DNA of 64,000 nucleotides from Methanomassiliicoccales archaeon (GCA_040768245.1 JAXGNA010000004.1:42684-106683); one strand, 5' to 3'; positions 51,655 through 62,537 are shown, counted from the stretch's first letter. Program-made: numbers and translations. The notes: generated from the letters alone by a model not told the origin.

Positions 51655-52344
51655 ATGACCTATGCCCTGCGGGCGGAACCGGTGCTGACCAGGGATGGCG
51701 TTGATGTCCTGGACGGCAAGGACCTTCACCTGCTGCTATCGCTCCGGAACGGGGGGGAGGAAGCAGCTGCCGCGAACCTTGGGGTATCACCACGATCGAT
51801 GCGACTGAAGGTCTGGCGGATGGAGAGCAGGGTGGGCGGAAAGGTCCTGGAGAACGGAAGGCTCACCCCGCTCGGTTTTGAGCTCGTCGACAGGATGGAA
51901 CGGTACGCCGAACTGCTGGAAGCCCAGCTGCAGCACCTCTGGCGAAAGCCTAGTCTGACCTGCGACGGTCTGGTGCTGCGTGATGGAAAGGTGTTGCTGG
52001 TGAGAAGGGCGAGGGAACCCTTCAAGGGGTGCCACGCCCTGCCCGGAGGTTTCCTGGAATACGGGGAGAGAGCCGAGGATTGCGTGGTACGCGAGGTGAG
52101 AGAGGAGACCGGGCTGGACACCGAGGTGGTGCGACTGCTGAACGTTTACTCCGAGATGGGAAGGGACCCCCGGGGGCACTTCGTCACCCTGCTGTACCTG
52201 CTCCGTGAGAAGGGGGGAGCGCTCCAGGCGGGAGATGACGCTGATTCGGCAGGGTTCTTCGGTCGGTCATCGTTACCGGAGATGGCCTTCGACCACCGGA
52301 AGATGATATTGGACAACATTCGGGCCGTGGAACATCCTTTATAG
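51655..52344 (+). CDS. NUDIX hydrolase with N-terminal ModE/LysR-like winged helix
   Basis: AAAANLGVS...W.ME..VGG.....LTP.G N-terminus; LPGGFLEYGE..EDCVVREVREETGL Nudix box; RDPR, AFDH. Confidence 0.82.
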   Translation: MTYALRAEPVLTRDGVDVLDGKDLHLLLSLRNGGEEAAAANLGVSPRSMRLKVWRMESRVGGKVLENGRLTPLGFELVDRMERYAELLEAQLQHLWRKPSLTCDGLVLRDGKVLLVRRAREPFKGCHALPGGFLEYGERAEDCVVREVREETGLDTEVVRLLNVYSEMGRDPRGHFVTLLYLLREKGGALQAGDDADSAGFFGRSSLPEMAFDHRKMILDNIRAVEHPL

Positions 52345-52368
52345 CCCCATGAAGGGTTATGGATAAGC

Positions 52369-52812
52369 ATGGGGCAGGACGACCTGGACGAGACGGTCCT
52401 GCGCATGCTGCAGGGCAACGGCAAGATGAGCATCGAGGAGATCGCCGAGAAGCTGGACCGTTCTCCATCCACCATCCGGGACCGCATACGGAGAATGGAG
52501 GAGGAGCGGCTGATCCTGGGCTACTCCACCATAATCGACCAGGAGAGATTGGAGATCCAGGCCGAGGCGCTGGTCCTGGCGGACATCGACCCCCAGTCCG
52601 AGGGGAAAGCCATGAGCGCCCTGATGTCCATGGAGGAGGTCAGCGAGGTGATGAAGGTGACCGGGGAGCCGCGCCTCATGTTCCGGGTGAAGGCCTCGGA
52701 CCGCAAGGAGCTGCTAAGCTTCCTGGACCGAAAGATCAGGCCACTGAGCTTCCGCCGCCTGGACGTACGCCTGGTGTTGGACCGCTCGGTGCGCTATCCC
52801 GGCTCGGTCTGA
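52369..52812 (+). CDS. Lrp/AsnC family transcriptional regulator
   Basis: DDLDETVL..LQ.NGK.SIEEIAEKL..S.STIRDRIRRME, VTGE. Confidence 0.9.
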   Translation: MGQDDLDETVLRMLQGNGKMSIEEIAEKLDRSPSTIRDRIRRMEEERLILGYSTIIDQERLEIQAEALVLADIDPQSEGKAMSALMSMEEVSEVMKVTGEPRLMFRVKASDRKELLSFLDRKIRPLSFRRLDVRLVLDRSVRYPGSV

Positions 52813-52852
52813 TGGTGTTGTTTAATTATCCACTATTTTCTATATCCCCAAG

Positions 52853-54127
52853 ATGCAGACCGTGACCTGGTTGGCCCTGCTGGTTTTCCTGTTCACCTAC
52901 GCCCTCATATCCGTGCGTAGGATACGCAGCGTCAGCATCGACCGCCCGGCCGCCGCGCTCTTCGGTGCGCTGCTCATGATACTCCTGGGAGTGGTCACCG
53001 CCGACCAGGTGCTGGAGGCCATCGACCTGGACATCATAGGTCTGCTGTTGGGCATGATGATCATCGTCTCCTGTCTGGAGATCACCGGGCTGTTCGACCG
53101 GGTCGCGGTACTACTGGTGAACCGGTGCGCGGACCACTTCACCCTTCTGTGGTTGAGCATGGGAGTGACCGCCCTGCTCTCCGCCCTCATCCTGAACGAC
53201 ACGGTGGTCCTGATGTTCACCCCCATCCTGATCAAGGTCTGCCGCTCTATAGACGCCAACCCGGTACCTTACCTGGTAGGGGAGGCCCTGGCCGCCAACA
53301 TCGGCTCGGTGGCCACCGGCGTCGGCAACCCCCAGAACGCCTACATCCTGATCCAGTCCGGGATATCCTTCTCCGATTTCGCCCTGGCCCTTACCCCTCT
53401 GGCCTTGGTCTCGTTGGCGGTGGCCGTGGGCCTGGTCGCCCTGGTGTTCCGCAAGGACATATTCGATGGGGGGCTGGGGAAGCCCCGCCCCATCGACCGC
53501 TCCCTGGTTATCTCTGCCGCCCCCAGGACCAGGATGGAGGCCCCGTTCTTCCTGGTCCTGACGGTCCTGGTGGCAGTGTTCGTCGGATTCACCGCCTCCT
53601 CCTGGCTGGACATCCCGATATCTTTGGTGGCCTTCCTGGGCGGCTGCTTTCTCCTGTTGGCCTTGCCCCTGATAAAGAAAGACACTGGAACCACGCCGAT
53701 CCTGCGCGGAGTGGACTGGACCTTGATCCTGTTCTTCGTCGGGCTGTTCATCCTGCTCAAGGGGGTGGAGACCTCCGGGCTCATGGACCTGATGCTCGAT
53801 TCCTTCGAGAACATGGGCGCGGGAATGGCCGGGGTGGCCGGCCTGACCTTGATATCCTCGGTGCTGTCCAATCTGATCAGCAACGTCCCGGCGGTGATGC
53901 TGCTGTCGCCGGTGGTCCCGGCGGGCAATGACACGTTGTGGTTGAGCCTGGCCACGTCGTCGACCCTGGCCGGGAACGCCACCATCCTGGGAGCGGCGGC
54001 GAACGTCATCGTGGTGGAGAAGGGATTGAACATGGGGGTCGAGGTCCGCCTGTGGGACTTCGTCAAGGCCGGGCTGCCGGTGACCTTGGTGACGCTGCTT
54101 ATCTCCGTCCTTTTCCTAGGAATGTGA
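52853..54127 (+). CDS. ArsB/NhaD (SLC13-like) anion transporter
   Basis: LSALILND, ANIGSVAT.VGNPQN, VDW.LILFF.GLF, SNLISNVPA, STLAGNAT.LGAAAN. Confidence 0.88.
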   Translation: MQTVTWLALLVFLFTYALISVRRIRSVSIDRPAAALFGALLMILLGVVTADQVLEAIDLDIIGLLLGMMIIVSCLEITGLFDRVAVLLVNRCADHFTLLWLSMGVTALLSALILNDTVVLMFTPILIKVCRSIDANPVPYLVGEALAANIGSVATGVGNPQNAYILIQSGISFSDFALALTPLALVSLAVAVGLVALVFRKDIFDGGLGKPRPIDRSLVISAAPRTRMEAPFFLVLTVLVAVFVGFTASSWLDIPISLVAFLGGCFLLLALPLIKKDTGTTPILRGVDWTLILFFVGLFILLKGVETSGLMDLMLDSFENMGAGMAGVAGLTLISSVLSNLISNVPAVMLLSPVVPAGNDTLWLSLATSSTLAGNATILGAAANVIVVEKGLNMGVEVRLWDFVKAGLPVTLVTLLISVLFLGM

Positions 54128-54163
54128 AAAGAGGGAAGGGGTTTTCAGAAGGGGTTTGGAGGC

Positions 54164-54835
54164 TCAGAGCTTCTTGGTGCAGAACCACCAGTCGTAGCAG
54201 TCCTTGCCCTTGCCCACGTTCTTCTTCCTCTCCATGGCGGTCTTGTAGTCCCTGGGCGGAGGAATGATGGCGCGGTCGCCGACCAGCTCGCTGTTGGGCC
54301 ATCCCTCGGGAGTGGCCAATCCGTTCTTGTCACAGAACTGCAGGGCCTGCAGGGCACGCACGACCTCGTTAACGCTGCGTCCGATCTCCTGCGGGTAGTA
54401 GATTATCAGTCGGACGATGGCCTTGGGATCGATCAGGAACACGGCCCTGACCGTGTTGCTGGCCTTTCCGGGGTGTATCATTCCCAACCTCATGGCCACA
54501 TCACCGTGGTCAGCGATTATCGGGAAGGGAACCTTCACCCCGATGTTCTCCTCGATCCATTCCACCCACTTAATGTGAGAGAAGACCTGGTCAATAGACA
54601 GTCCGACCAGCACTGCGTTCATCTTCTTGAACTCCTCTGCCCGCTTGGCGAAGGCCACGAACTCGGTGGTGCAGGTGGGGGTGAAGTCAGCCGGGTGGCT
54701 GAACAGTACCAACCACTTTCCCTCTACATCCTTCGGGAGGTTCATCGGACCATGGGTGGTGACCACCGTCATGTCCGGAAACTTGTCCCCGATCAGGGGC
54801 ATGCCCATCATGGAATCTTCTATATCTTCGCACAT
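54164..54835 (-). CDS. Peroxiredoxin (archaeal Prx6 type)
   Basis: [36 protein letters not shown]. Confidence 0.93.
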   Translation of the reverse strand: MCEDIEDSMMGMPLIGDKFPDMTVVTTHGPMNLPKDVEGKWLVLFSHPADFTPTCTTEFVAFAKRAEEFKKMNAVLVGLSIDQVFSHIKWVEWIEENIGVKVPFPIIADHGDVAMRLGMIHPGKASNTVRAVFLIDPKAIVRLIIYYPQEIGRSVNEVVRALQALQFCDKNGLATPEGWPNSELVGDRAIIPPPRDYKTAMERKKNVGKGKDCYDWWFCTKKL

Positions 54836-55019
54836 GTGAACCACTGGAAGATAATACCCACCATCACATTATTTAATGATTATTGATTTTTCTGAATTTT
54901 TGATATCTGGCCAGGAGAGATACTATCAGGTAATAACCGGTTTAACTTAACCCAATTGTGATATGCGAGGCCTTTAACGGAAATAAAGGATAAATACCGA
55001 AAGACCCATTGGATAGAAC

Positions 55020-55472
55020 ATGTCCCTAGCCACTGACCTTTCGTTGGTGTTCATAGTGATCGGGGTGCTGATGCTCCTGGTGGAGATCAGCCAGCCCGGG
55101 TCCTTCTTGTTGGTTCCGGCCACGGTGCTCCTGGCCTTGGGAGGCATCGGACTGGTGTTCCCGGACCTTCTGCTAACGGTCTGGTCACCGATCATCGCGG
55201 TCATTATCCTGGTGCCCACCACCCTGCTGACCATCAAGCTCTATCAGCGCCTGGCCCCTCCGGCCCCGCCGGAGACCACGGTGGCTACGTCCCTGATAGG
55301 AAAGGAGGGATCGGTGGAGACGGAGGTCGTGCCCGGCTCCCTTAGGGGCAAGGTTCGCATCGCGAACGTTATCTGGAGCGCCACCTCGGCGACGCCTATA
55401 CCGGTGGGGAAGCGGGTCAAGGTGGTCCGCAGCGAGGGCGTGCACGTGACCGTTGAGGAGATTACCCAGTAG
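55020..55472 (+). CDS. NfeD family membrane protein
   Basis: N-terminal TM helices plus LIGKEG.V...GKVRI...WSA OB-fold; precedes SPFH gene. Confidence 0.87.
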   Translation: MSLATDLSLVFIVIGVLMLLVEISQPGSFLLVPATVLLALGGIGLVFPDLLLTVWSPIIAVIILVPTTLLTIKLYQRLAPPAPPETTVATSLIGKEGSVETEVVPGSLRGKVRIANVIWSATSATPIPVGKRVKVVRSEGVHVTVEEITQ

Positions 55473-55489
55473 AGCAGGAGAAGGAGAAA

Positions 55490-56593
55490 ATGGCACTAGC
55501 AGCTGAGATATTAGGTTTGTTGATACTGGCCATCATCGCGGCCATCGTGATATTGGTCAATGGTGTCAAGATAGTTAGACCGTACGAACAGGCGGTGTAC
55601 ATCCGTCTGGGCATGTTCATGAGAGTGCTGAACCCGGGTTTCAACTACGTCGCCCCGCTGATCAACGAGACGGTGAAGCTGGACCTGAGGACGCAGGTGC
55701 TGGACGTTCCCAGGCAAGAGGTCATCACCAAGGACAACTCCCCGGTGAACGTGGACGCCATCATCTATGTCAAGGTGGTCGATCCCAAGAAGGCCTTCTT
55801 CGAGGTCACCGACTACAGGGCGGCGACGGTCTACCTGGCCCAGACCACCCTGAGGTCCATAATAGGGGACATGGAACTGGACGAGATATTGTCCAACCGC
55901 GAGAAGATCAACCTGAAGCTCAGGGACATTCTGGACGAGGCTACCGACCAGTGGGGCGTAAAGGTGGACGCGGTGGAGATCAGGGAGATAGACCCGGCCC
56001 CCAAGGTCAAGCAGGCCATGGAGGAGCAGACCTCCGCGGAGAGGCTGAGAAGGGCGGCCATCCTGAAGGCCGACGGTGCTAAGACCGCGGCCATCCTGAA
56101 CGCGGAAGGTGAGAAGCGGTCTCGGGTACTGCAGGCCGAGGGTCTGCGTCAGGCCAAGATCCTGGAGGCGGAAGGAGAGCGACTGGCCATCATCCTGGAG
56201 AGCCAGGGTGAGTCCCAGAAGCTCAGGATACTCAGCGTGGGTGCCAGCACTCTGGACTCCAAGGCCCTGACCGTGCTCTCCCTGGAGGCGGTCAAGAAAC
56301 TGGGCGAAGGACAGTCCACCAAGATCGTCCTGCCCTTCGAGGTCACCCGGCTGGTGGAGGGCATCTCCGATTACGTCGGAGCGGGAAAGCAGGTCCCGGA
56401 GAGGGAGATATCCAAGCCCGAGGAGCTGGAGAAGTTCGTCGGAAAGGCGGACGACATCCTGGGACCGATACCCACCATGGCCGAGCTGAGAGCGGACATG
56501 AAGGAGCTAGAGGTGGCCATGGCCCAGGAAAGGCGCGAGGCTGAGGCCATCAAGGCAGGAAGCAGGGTCTCCCTGGAGAAGGACCGCGCTTGA
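55490..56593 (+). CDS. SPFH/stomatin (band 7) protein
   Basis: DLRTQVLDVPRQEVITKDN, AQTTLRSIIG.MELDE, WGVKV, AERLRRA.IL.A.G. Confidence 0.93.
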   Translation: MALAAEILGLLILAIIAAIVILVNGVKIVRPYEQAVYIRLGMFMRVLNPGFNYVAPLINETVKLDLRTQVLDVPRQEVITKDNSPVNVDAIIYVKVVDPKKAFFEVTDYRAATVYLAQTTLRSIIGDMELDEILSNREKINLKLRDILDEATDQWGVKVDAVEIREIDPAPKVKQAMEEQTSAERLRRAAILKADGAKTAAILNAEGEKRSRVLQAEGLRQAKILEAEGERLAIILESQGESQKLRILSVGASTLDSKALTVLSLEAVKKLGEGQSTKIVLPFEVTRLVEGISDYVGAGKQVPEREISKPEELEKFVGKADDILGPIPTMAELRADMKELEVAMAQERREAEAIKAGSRVSLEKDRA

Positions 56594-56617
56594 AACCCTT
56601 TAGTCAATCCCTTTTTT

Positions 56618-58267
56618 TTATTTTTCCTTACCTCTGGACGTCCGTCTGAACATCAGTAAGACCAGCAGCGCCACGGCCATCACTATGGGTATTCCGTAAT
56701 ACCAGCTCCATTCCGTTCCATCATCTGCCTCGGCGGCCGCCGCCAGGGCGCTGAGGGCGAACACTTCGGCCTGGTCCTTGAGGTCCTGTTCATCGACCCA
56801 GGAAGGGTCCTCGACCCCAGATATGGAGTCCAGGGAGGTGTGTATCAGCCCCTTTACCGGACCGCCAGGCTCGTCATAGATGGTCATGGGATAGGAATAG
56901 AAGAGAACAGCGTTCTGGATGCCCGTGGTTGATTGAAGGCCGAGGTCGACTCCCCAGTAGCTCTGGAGGTTCGCCGATATCTGCGAAGGATAGATGAACG
57001 AGGTGTGGTCCGAACCGTCCATCTGAGCGATGGAGAATGGAACATCCAGGGTCTGGGAAGCCTGCTCGACGACCTCGTTGATGTTGGGATCTCCAGTGGA
57101 ATAAGCGTATGTGACCTCGAGGGATCGCGAGCCGATGCAATCGGCGACCATCACAGCCACGTGGTCCGAGAGCTCGTCCAGATGGTCCTTCACATAGTGG
57201 ATGGAGCCTACCAGACCCATCTCCTCCCCGGCGAAGGCGACGAATCTCAGGTTGTAGCGCAGCTCGATCTCGCCGGACGTCTTGGCCTCCTGTATCACCC
57301 TGGCGGTCTCCAGCAACGTGGCCACGCTCGCTGTGTTATCGATATACCCTTCGCACATGACCGTGTCATAGTGGGCTCCCAGCAGCACGATCTTATCGGA
57401 ACCATCGCTGGATGGGATGTCCGCGACAATGTTCCTGTGCAGCCCGCTGCCGCAGGATGAAGGGATGCTGATATTGGCGGTCCTGCCATTCATTGCCGAT
57501 GCCTTCAGGGTCTGCCCATCACTGTAATTCACGCACCCCACGGCGATGTCCAGGTCCCAAAAGAAAGGACCTGCCGACCCCAAGGGCCTTCCCCCGGTGG
57601 ATAGCTGCGAATATTGTTCGGCATAGCTCATCCAGGAGTAGCTGTAGTGGAAAATTATCACCGAGGGCGGTTGTTCAGCCAACTTGTCCTTGAACGTTTG
57701 CTCCCAATCGGTATCCCAACGTACCTCCCGGCCGATCAGGAGCGCCTTGTCCGTGGTGTTCACGTTGCTCCAGGCCTCCTCATCTATTGGTTCGTTCCCT
57801 ATGGACACCCGATTGAGGGTCGAGGGCAGCGGCAGGGTCGCCAGCTCCTTGATGCCTTCAATTGGCAGGCTGAACCCTTCGGCGTTGAAGGACGCTACCG
57901 CTACCATGTCGGTGTTGGGGTCCCCGTCATCGTCATAGAATAGGTAGGGGCTCGCCGAGAGGTCCCACACTGGCATCTCGAAGCTCTCCTCACTGACCTC
58001 AAGCCCGTAATCCTGGAACGTTTGGGCTATCATGTCGGCCGCCTCCTCGGCCCCTGCTGAACCTGCCACCCGATAAGCGGGATGACCCGCCGAGATGTCG
58101 CACAGCTGCTGGGTCAGATCGATTATGTTCTCCCCGTTCAGGTTCTGATGAATGACCGTTACCGCACCTTCCCATCCTTCATCCATGGCCAGTAATGGCA
58201 GGGGAGCGGCGATCAAGGTCAACCCTATTGCTAGGGTCAAGAACGAGATGGAGATCCTTCCTATCAT
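56618..58267 (-). CDS. Exported M28 family metallopeptidase with C-terminal membrane anchor
   Basis: Signal peptide, R.AGS.G, GAHYDT, IDN.ASV, AGEEMGLVGS, SDH, HT..D; C-terminal TM followed by RRTSRGKEK. Confidence 0.85.
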   Translation of the reverse strand: MIGRISISFLTLAIGLTLIAAPLPLLAMDEGWEGAVTVIHQNLNGENIIDLTQQLCDISAGHPAYRVAGSAGAEEAADMIAQTFQDYGLEVSEESFEMPVWDLSASPYLFYDDDGDPNTDMVAVASFNAEGFSLPIEGIKELATLPLPSTLNRVSIGNEPIDEEAWSNVNTTDKALLIGREVRWDTDWEQTFKDKLAEQPPSVIIFHYSYSWMSYAEQYSQLSTGGRPLGSAGPFFWDLDIAVGCVNYSDGQTLKASAMNGRTANISIPSSCGSGLHRNIVADIPSSDGSDKIVLLGAHYDTVMCEGYIDNTASVATLLETARVIQEAKTSGEIELRYNLRFVAFAGEEMGLVGSIHYVKDHLDELSDHVAVMVADCIGSRSLEVTYAYSTGDPNINEVVEQASQTLDVPFSIAQMDGSDHTSFIYPSQISANLQSYWGVDLGLQSTTGIQNAVLFYSYPMTIYDEPGGPVKGLIHTSLDSISGVEDPSWVDEQDLKDQAEVFALSALAAAAEADDGTEWSWYYGIPIVMAVALLVLLMFRRTSRGKEK

Positions 58268-58352
58268 CTCACCGGATTTAATAATCGAGTACGCTATAAA
58301 ACGATATTGGGTTCATATCCGGGGTGTCACCAGCGCGCGGTCGGGCTTCCTC

Positions 58353-59330
58353 TCATTTCCTTTTCCCATCCGGGATCCGGACAGAGATGAGGCACTTCTC
58401 GTCCCCATCCAGTACGGACCGCAATACCTTGGCCTCCGTCTCCTCACCGAAGATGACGTCCCAGGGCAGTTTAGCGAAACCGGCGCTGCAGTTGCAGAAG
58501 GAGGAGGACACCTTGGGCCTTCCCTCCGTTATCGATGAGCGCACCAGCGGGCAATGGCAATAATAATATCGCCTCATGCGAGGGTCCTTCTCACCATAGA
58601 AATGCTTGGGATCGAAGGGTACCTTCTCGATGATTATGAGATCCCCTTCCCGGACCCCGGTCTGGACCATCTGGTTCGCGGCCACCTCGTCAATGAACTC
58701 CTGGGTGACCTCTTGTTCATACCACATCTGGCCGTTCCTAAGACGCTCCCTCAGCTCCTCGACCAGGGCGTTATGCTCGGATGCCAGGAAGTCATCGATG
58801 CTGGCCGATACCTCGAACCGCTGCTTCTTGTCCTTGAAGGTCTCGGGCGGTATCTCATGGTAGTTCCAGGTTAGTAATGAACGGACCTGCGCCGGCGAGA
58901 GCTCCTCCTCCATGCGCCGGACTATCCTGGAGGTGAGCGATGGATAGGAATCGGTGGAAGTACCTAGTGGCGGTCTCACGAACCCATGGAAGACCGCCTC
59001 GCACTTGTCGTTCCCGTGCAGGTCACGGAGCCTTCTTTCCATCAGGGGTAGGATATCGTAGGAGTTGATCATCGCGGCCAGATGTATGAACAGGTCAGGG
59101 CGTGAACGGAAGGCGCAATATCTGGCCATGTCCACCAGCCGCTCCGGTTCGTTCCTGCCCTCCGCGATCAGCGCCTCCAGGTATCGGTCCAGAAGGACCT
59201 TTTCACAATTACGGATATCACTATCCGACCTGGCGAGGTGCCCTTCGAACTCCAGCGCGTTCGCCACCGCCGATCGGGACCGGCCCTCGTCCAATCCTTT
59301 CCTCACCAGATACTCTCTGAACCCCTCCAC
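58353..59330 (-). CDS. Hypothetical Cys-motif protein (DUF6144-like, V4R-like C-terminus)
   Basis: YYCHCPLVR, FCNCSAGF, SVLDGDEKC. Confidence 0.65.
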   Translation of the reverse strand: MEGFREYLVRKGLDEGRSRSAVANALEFEGHLARSDSDIRNCEKVLLDRYLEALIAEGRNEPERLVDMARYCAFRSRPDLFIHLAAMINSYDILPLMERRLRDLHGNDKCEAVFHGFVRPPLGTSTDSYPSLTSRIVRRMEEELSPAQVRSLLTWNYHEIPPETFKDKKQRFEVSASIDDFLASEHNALVEELRERLRNGQMWYEQEVTQEFIDEVAANQMVQTGVREGDLIIIEKVPFDPKHFYGEKDPRMRRYYYCHCPLVRSSITEGRPKVSSSFCNCSAGFAKLPWDVIFGEETEAKVLRSVLDGDEKCLISVRIPDGKRK

Positions 59331-59411
59331 ATCAGACCCCTGGTATCATATTCTATGTGCGGGAACTTTATCGTTTGCAGGACGGCCGTTGGGATTTGTG
59401 AGTAAAAATAG

Positions 59412-59485
59412 TGGACGGGCCGGGATTTGAACCCGGGGCTTCCTGCTTGCAAAGCAGGCGATCTTCCGAGCTGATCTACCCGCCC
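59412..59485 (-). tRNA. tRNA-Ala(UGC), CCA not encoded
   Basis: GGGCGGG/CCCGTCC acceptor with G3:U70, CCTGC-TTTGCAA-GCAGG anticodon arm, GGTTCAAATCC. Confidence 0.95.
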
Positions 59486-59528
59486 AGTGTGGCCGCATAA
59501 AAGAAGTTCGAATAAAAAGGTTTCGAGG

Positions 59529-61175
59529 TCAGCGGCATATGGCACCGGAGGAGGCCTCTCCGACCAGCTTTCGGTACTTGGCCAATACACCAGTGGGCTT
59601 GCGGTCCACCACCTTGACCTGAGCCAGGCGTTCCTCGATCTCCTTCGGCGGGACGAGCAGCTCTATCTTTCGGCCAGGTATGTCGATGGATATGCGGTCC
59701 CCGTTGCATATGGCGGCTATTGGCCCCTTGTCGAAGGCCTCCGGAGCGACGTGACCGATGCAGGGACCCCTGGTGGCCCCGGAGAACCTGCCGTCGGTTA
59801 TCAGCGCCACACTGTTCGACAATCCCATCCCGGCGATCAGGCTGGTCGGGGAGAGCATCTCCGGCATTCCCGGCCCGCCCTTTGGCCCCTCGTAGCGTAT
59901 CACCACCACGTCCCCGGCCTCGATCCTACGGGCGGATATGGCCTCGTATGCTTCCTGTTCGGAATCGAAGACCTTGGCCTTTCCTTCGAACCTCATCATC
60001 TCCGCCGATACCGCGGCCTGCTTGACCACCGAGCCCTGGGGGGCCAGATTGCCATAAAGCACCGCGATCCCTCCCTCCCTGTGGAACGGGCGGTTCTTCG
60101 GCCGGATGACCTCCTCATCGCGAACGACGGCCTGGCGGGCGATCTCCCGGATGCCTTTCCCGTTGACGGTCGTCTCGTCGGAGAGGTCGTCGAGCAAACG
60201 GTTCAGCATGGCCGGCACGCCTCCAGCGGTATCGAAGTCCTTCATGTAGTAGGGACCGCTGGGCTTGATGCTGGTGAGATGAGGTACCTTCTTGGATATC
60301 TCGTCGAAGGTGCGCAGGTCGATGTCTATGCCGAAATCGGCGGCGACGGCCGGAAGGTGCAGCGCGGTGTTGCTGGAACCTCCGATGGCCATGTCCAGTA
60401 TTATGGCGTTGGTGAACGATCCCTTCCTGACCACCTTGCGAGCGCTCAGGCCTTCCTTGACCAGCTCAACGATGCGTCTGCCGGTCGCCCTGGCCAGCTC
60501 CTTCTTGCGGTAATCGGTGGCCAGCATGGAGCCGCAGCCGGTGAGGCTGAGCCCCAGGGCCTCGGTCAAACAGGCCATGGTGTTGGCCGTGAACAGCCCG
60601 GAGCAGGCTCCCTGTCCAGGACAGGCGCACCTTTCTATCTCCAGCACCTCGGCCTCGCTCATCTTCCCGGCCTTGTTGGCCCCGAGCGCCTCGAAGACGC
60701 TCTGCAGGTCCAGTCCGTTCTCGTCCCTGCGGCCGGGCTCCATAGGCCCTCCGGTGAGTATGATGGTCGGTAGGTCCAGGCGTCCGGCGGCCATCAGCAT
60801 GCCGGGGGTGATCTTGTCGCAGTTGGTGACGCCCACCCAGCCGTCCATGCAATGCGCCTGCACCATGATCTCCACGCAGTCGGAGATGACGTCACGGGAC
60901 ACCAATGAGTAGCGCATACCGGCGTGGCCCATGGCCACCCCGTCGCAGACACCAGGTACGCCGAACGTAAGGGGTACGCCCCCCGCCTCGATTATGCCCT
61001 TGCGGACCTCTTCCGCCAGCTCGTTCAGGTGAATGTGCCCGGGAACCACATCGTTCCAGGAGTTGGCGATACCTATCAACGGCTTTTCCATGTCAGCATC
61101 GGTCAGCCCGGTGGCGCGCAGCAGGCTGCGCTGTGGGGCCCGGTCCACCCCTTTCTTGACCGCGTCGCTTCGCAT
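59529..61175 (-). CDS. ilvD: Dihydroxy-acid dehydratase
   Basis: [61 protein letters not shown]. Confidence 0.96.
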   Translation of the reverse strand: MRSDAVKKGVDRAPQRSLLRATGLTDADMEKPLIGIANSWNDVVPGHIHLNELAEEVRKGIIEAGGVPLTFGVPGVCDGVAMGHAGMRYSLVSRDVISDCVEIMVQAHCMDGWVGVTNCDKITPGMLMAAGRLDLPTIILTGGPMEPGRRDENGLDLQSVFEALGANKAGKMSEAEVLEIERCACPGQGACSGLFTANTMACLTEALGLSLTGCGSMLATDYRKKELARATGRRIVELVKEGLSARKVVRKGSFTNAIILDMAIGGSSNTALHLPAVAADFGIDIDLRTFDEISKKVPHLTSIKPSGPYYMKDFDTAGGVPAMLNRLLDDLSDETTVNGKGIREIARQAVVRDEEVIRPKNRPFHREGGIAVLYGNLAPQGSVVKQAAVSAEMMRFEGKAKVFDSEQEAYEAISARRIEAGDVVVIRYEGPKGGPGMPEMLSPTSLIAGMGLSNSVALITDGRFSGATRGPCIGHVAPEAFDKGPIAAICNGDRISIDIPGRKIELLVPPKEIEERLAQVKVVDRKPTGVLAKYRKLVGEASSGAICR

Positions 61176-61216
61176 CGGGGACGGTTATGTTCGAACGCTT
61201 AAATTAAGTTCTTCCC

Positions 61217-62086
61217 TCAGTCGTCCCCGAGCTCTATGCCTTCCTTGGCGAAACGGAGCTGTAGTGAGTCCAGGAAGCCGGTCACGATCTCGTCCTTCCT
61301 GGAGATATCGCGGATCCAGATCTTGATGTCCACCTCGACCTTTTCCCGCTGGACGTCCTTTATGATGACCGAGGGGGCGAACTGGGACAGGTCCACCTTC
61401 TTCTCCAGATACCTGCTCACGCTCTTGAGCTCGAAGGTCTTGGTGACCTTCTTTCGTTCCTCCTCGCCCACGTTCGGCAGGATCAGGGGGTCCTTGTCGG
61501 CCACGTCCAGGACGGCGTTCTTGATCCCCTCGAAGTCCTTCAGAGAACGTAGCCATACCGAGACCCGGATCGCGACTATTCCCGCCCGGGAGTAATTGAT
61601 GACCTTGTTGTTCACCATCACCGAGTTCGGGACGTAGAGTATGCGTCCGTCCAGGTCCTTGATGACCGTGTTCATCAGGTTGATGTCCTTGACCTTACCG
61701 ATCCCGGTCACTGGAACCCCGGAGACCTCCACCCACTCGTCGATCTTCACCGGTTTGGTGAATGACATCAGGATGCCGGAGAAGGCGTTCATGAGAACCT
61801 GCTGGGAGGCCAGTGCCACGCCGATACCGAGTATTCCCAGGGAGGCCAGCAGGGCGGTCATGTCCAGTCCGAGCACCTCCCAGAAGCCCAGATAGAGACC
61901 TAGGGCGAGCACCATGTACTGTAAGAGCCTGGCCGCGGCCTTGGATTGGGTGCGTGATATTCGGCTGTCCAGGAGCCTCCTGGTGAGCATGTTCGTTCCT
62001 TTGGCCAGAACGATGGTTGCCAATACGACGATTATGAACCCTATCAGGTCGGTCACTGACAGGCCTAGCAATGTGGGGTCCGCCAT
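61217..62086 (-). CDS. MscS family mechanosensitive channel
   Basis: Three TM helices, LASLGILGIGVALASQ...NAFSGI, G.V.DINL..T, VPNS. Confidence 0.88.
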   Translation of the reverse strand: MADPTLLGLSVTDLIGFIIVVLATIVLAKGTNMLTRRLLDSRISRTQSKAAARLLQYMVLALGLYLGFWEVLGLDMTALLASLGILGIGVALASQQVLMNAFSGILMSFTKPVKIDEWVEVSGVPVTGIGKVKDINLMNTVIKDLDGRILYVPNSVMVNNKVINYSRAGIVAIRVSVWLRSLKDFEGIKNAVLDVADKDPLILPNVGEEERKKVTKTFELKSVSRYLEKKVDLSQFAPSVIIKDVQREKVEVDIKIWIRDISRKDEIVTGFLDSLQLRFAKEGIELGDD

Positions 62087-62225
62087 CGTCCTTCAAGAAG
62101 CCGCCCCGGTTTATATTGGTTGCCCTTGGCCTATGCCCAGGGATACAAGTGACATACCCCAGATTGGAATGATCACGAAAAAAGTAAGGTTTGGAAAGGG
62201 AAGATGTTGATTAAGGGATTTACGT

Positions 62226-62537
62226 TCAGGACCTGAGGACTATCTCGATGTTGACCCCGTCTGGGACTTGGATCCTCATCAGTTGCCTCAGGGCCCTCTC
62301 GTCCGCGTCCAGGTCGATGAGGCGCTTGTGAATGCGCATCTCCCACCTGTCCCAGGTCTCGGAACCTTCTCCGTCCGGGCTCTTGCGGCAGGGCACCTGC
62401 AACCTCTTGGTGGGCAGCGGAATCGGTCCGCGTATGGCCACACCAGTACGGGTGGAGATCTGCTTTATCTGGGTGCAGACGCTGTCCACCTTCTCCGGGT
62501 CGGTGCCGCTCAGCGATATCCTTGCTCTCTGTGCCAT
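62226..62537 (-). CDS. rps10: 30S ribosomal protein S10 (uS10)
   Basis: [10 protein letters not shown]...[25 protein letters not shown]. Confidence 0.97.
   Translation of the reverse strand: MAQRARISLSGTDPEKVDSVCTQIKQISTRTGVAIRGPIPLPTKRLQVPCRKSPDGEGSETWDRWEMRIHKRLIDLDADERALRQLMRIQVPDGVNIEIVLRS

Noticed and set aside
54857..54880. Short CATTA-TT-TAATG palindrome upstream of the peroxiredoxin
   Set aside because: Short, AT-rich and coincident with the likely TATA box; not distinguishable from chance
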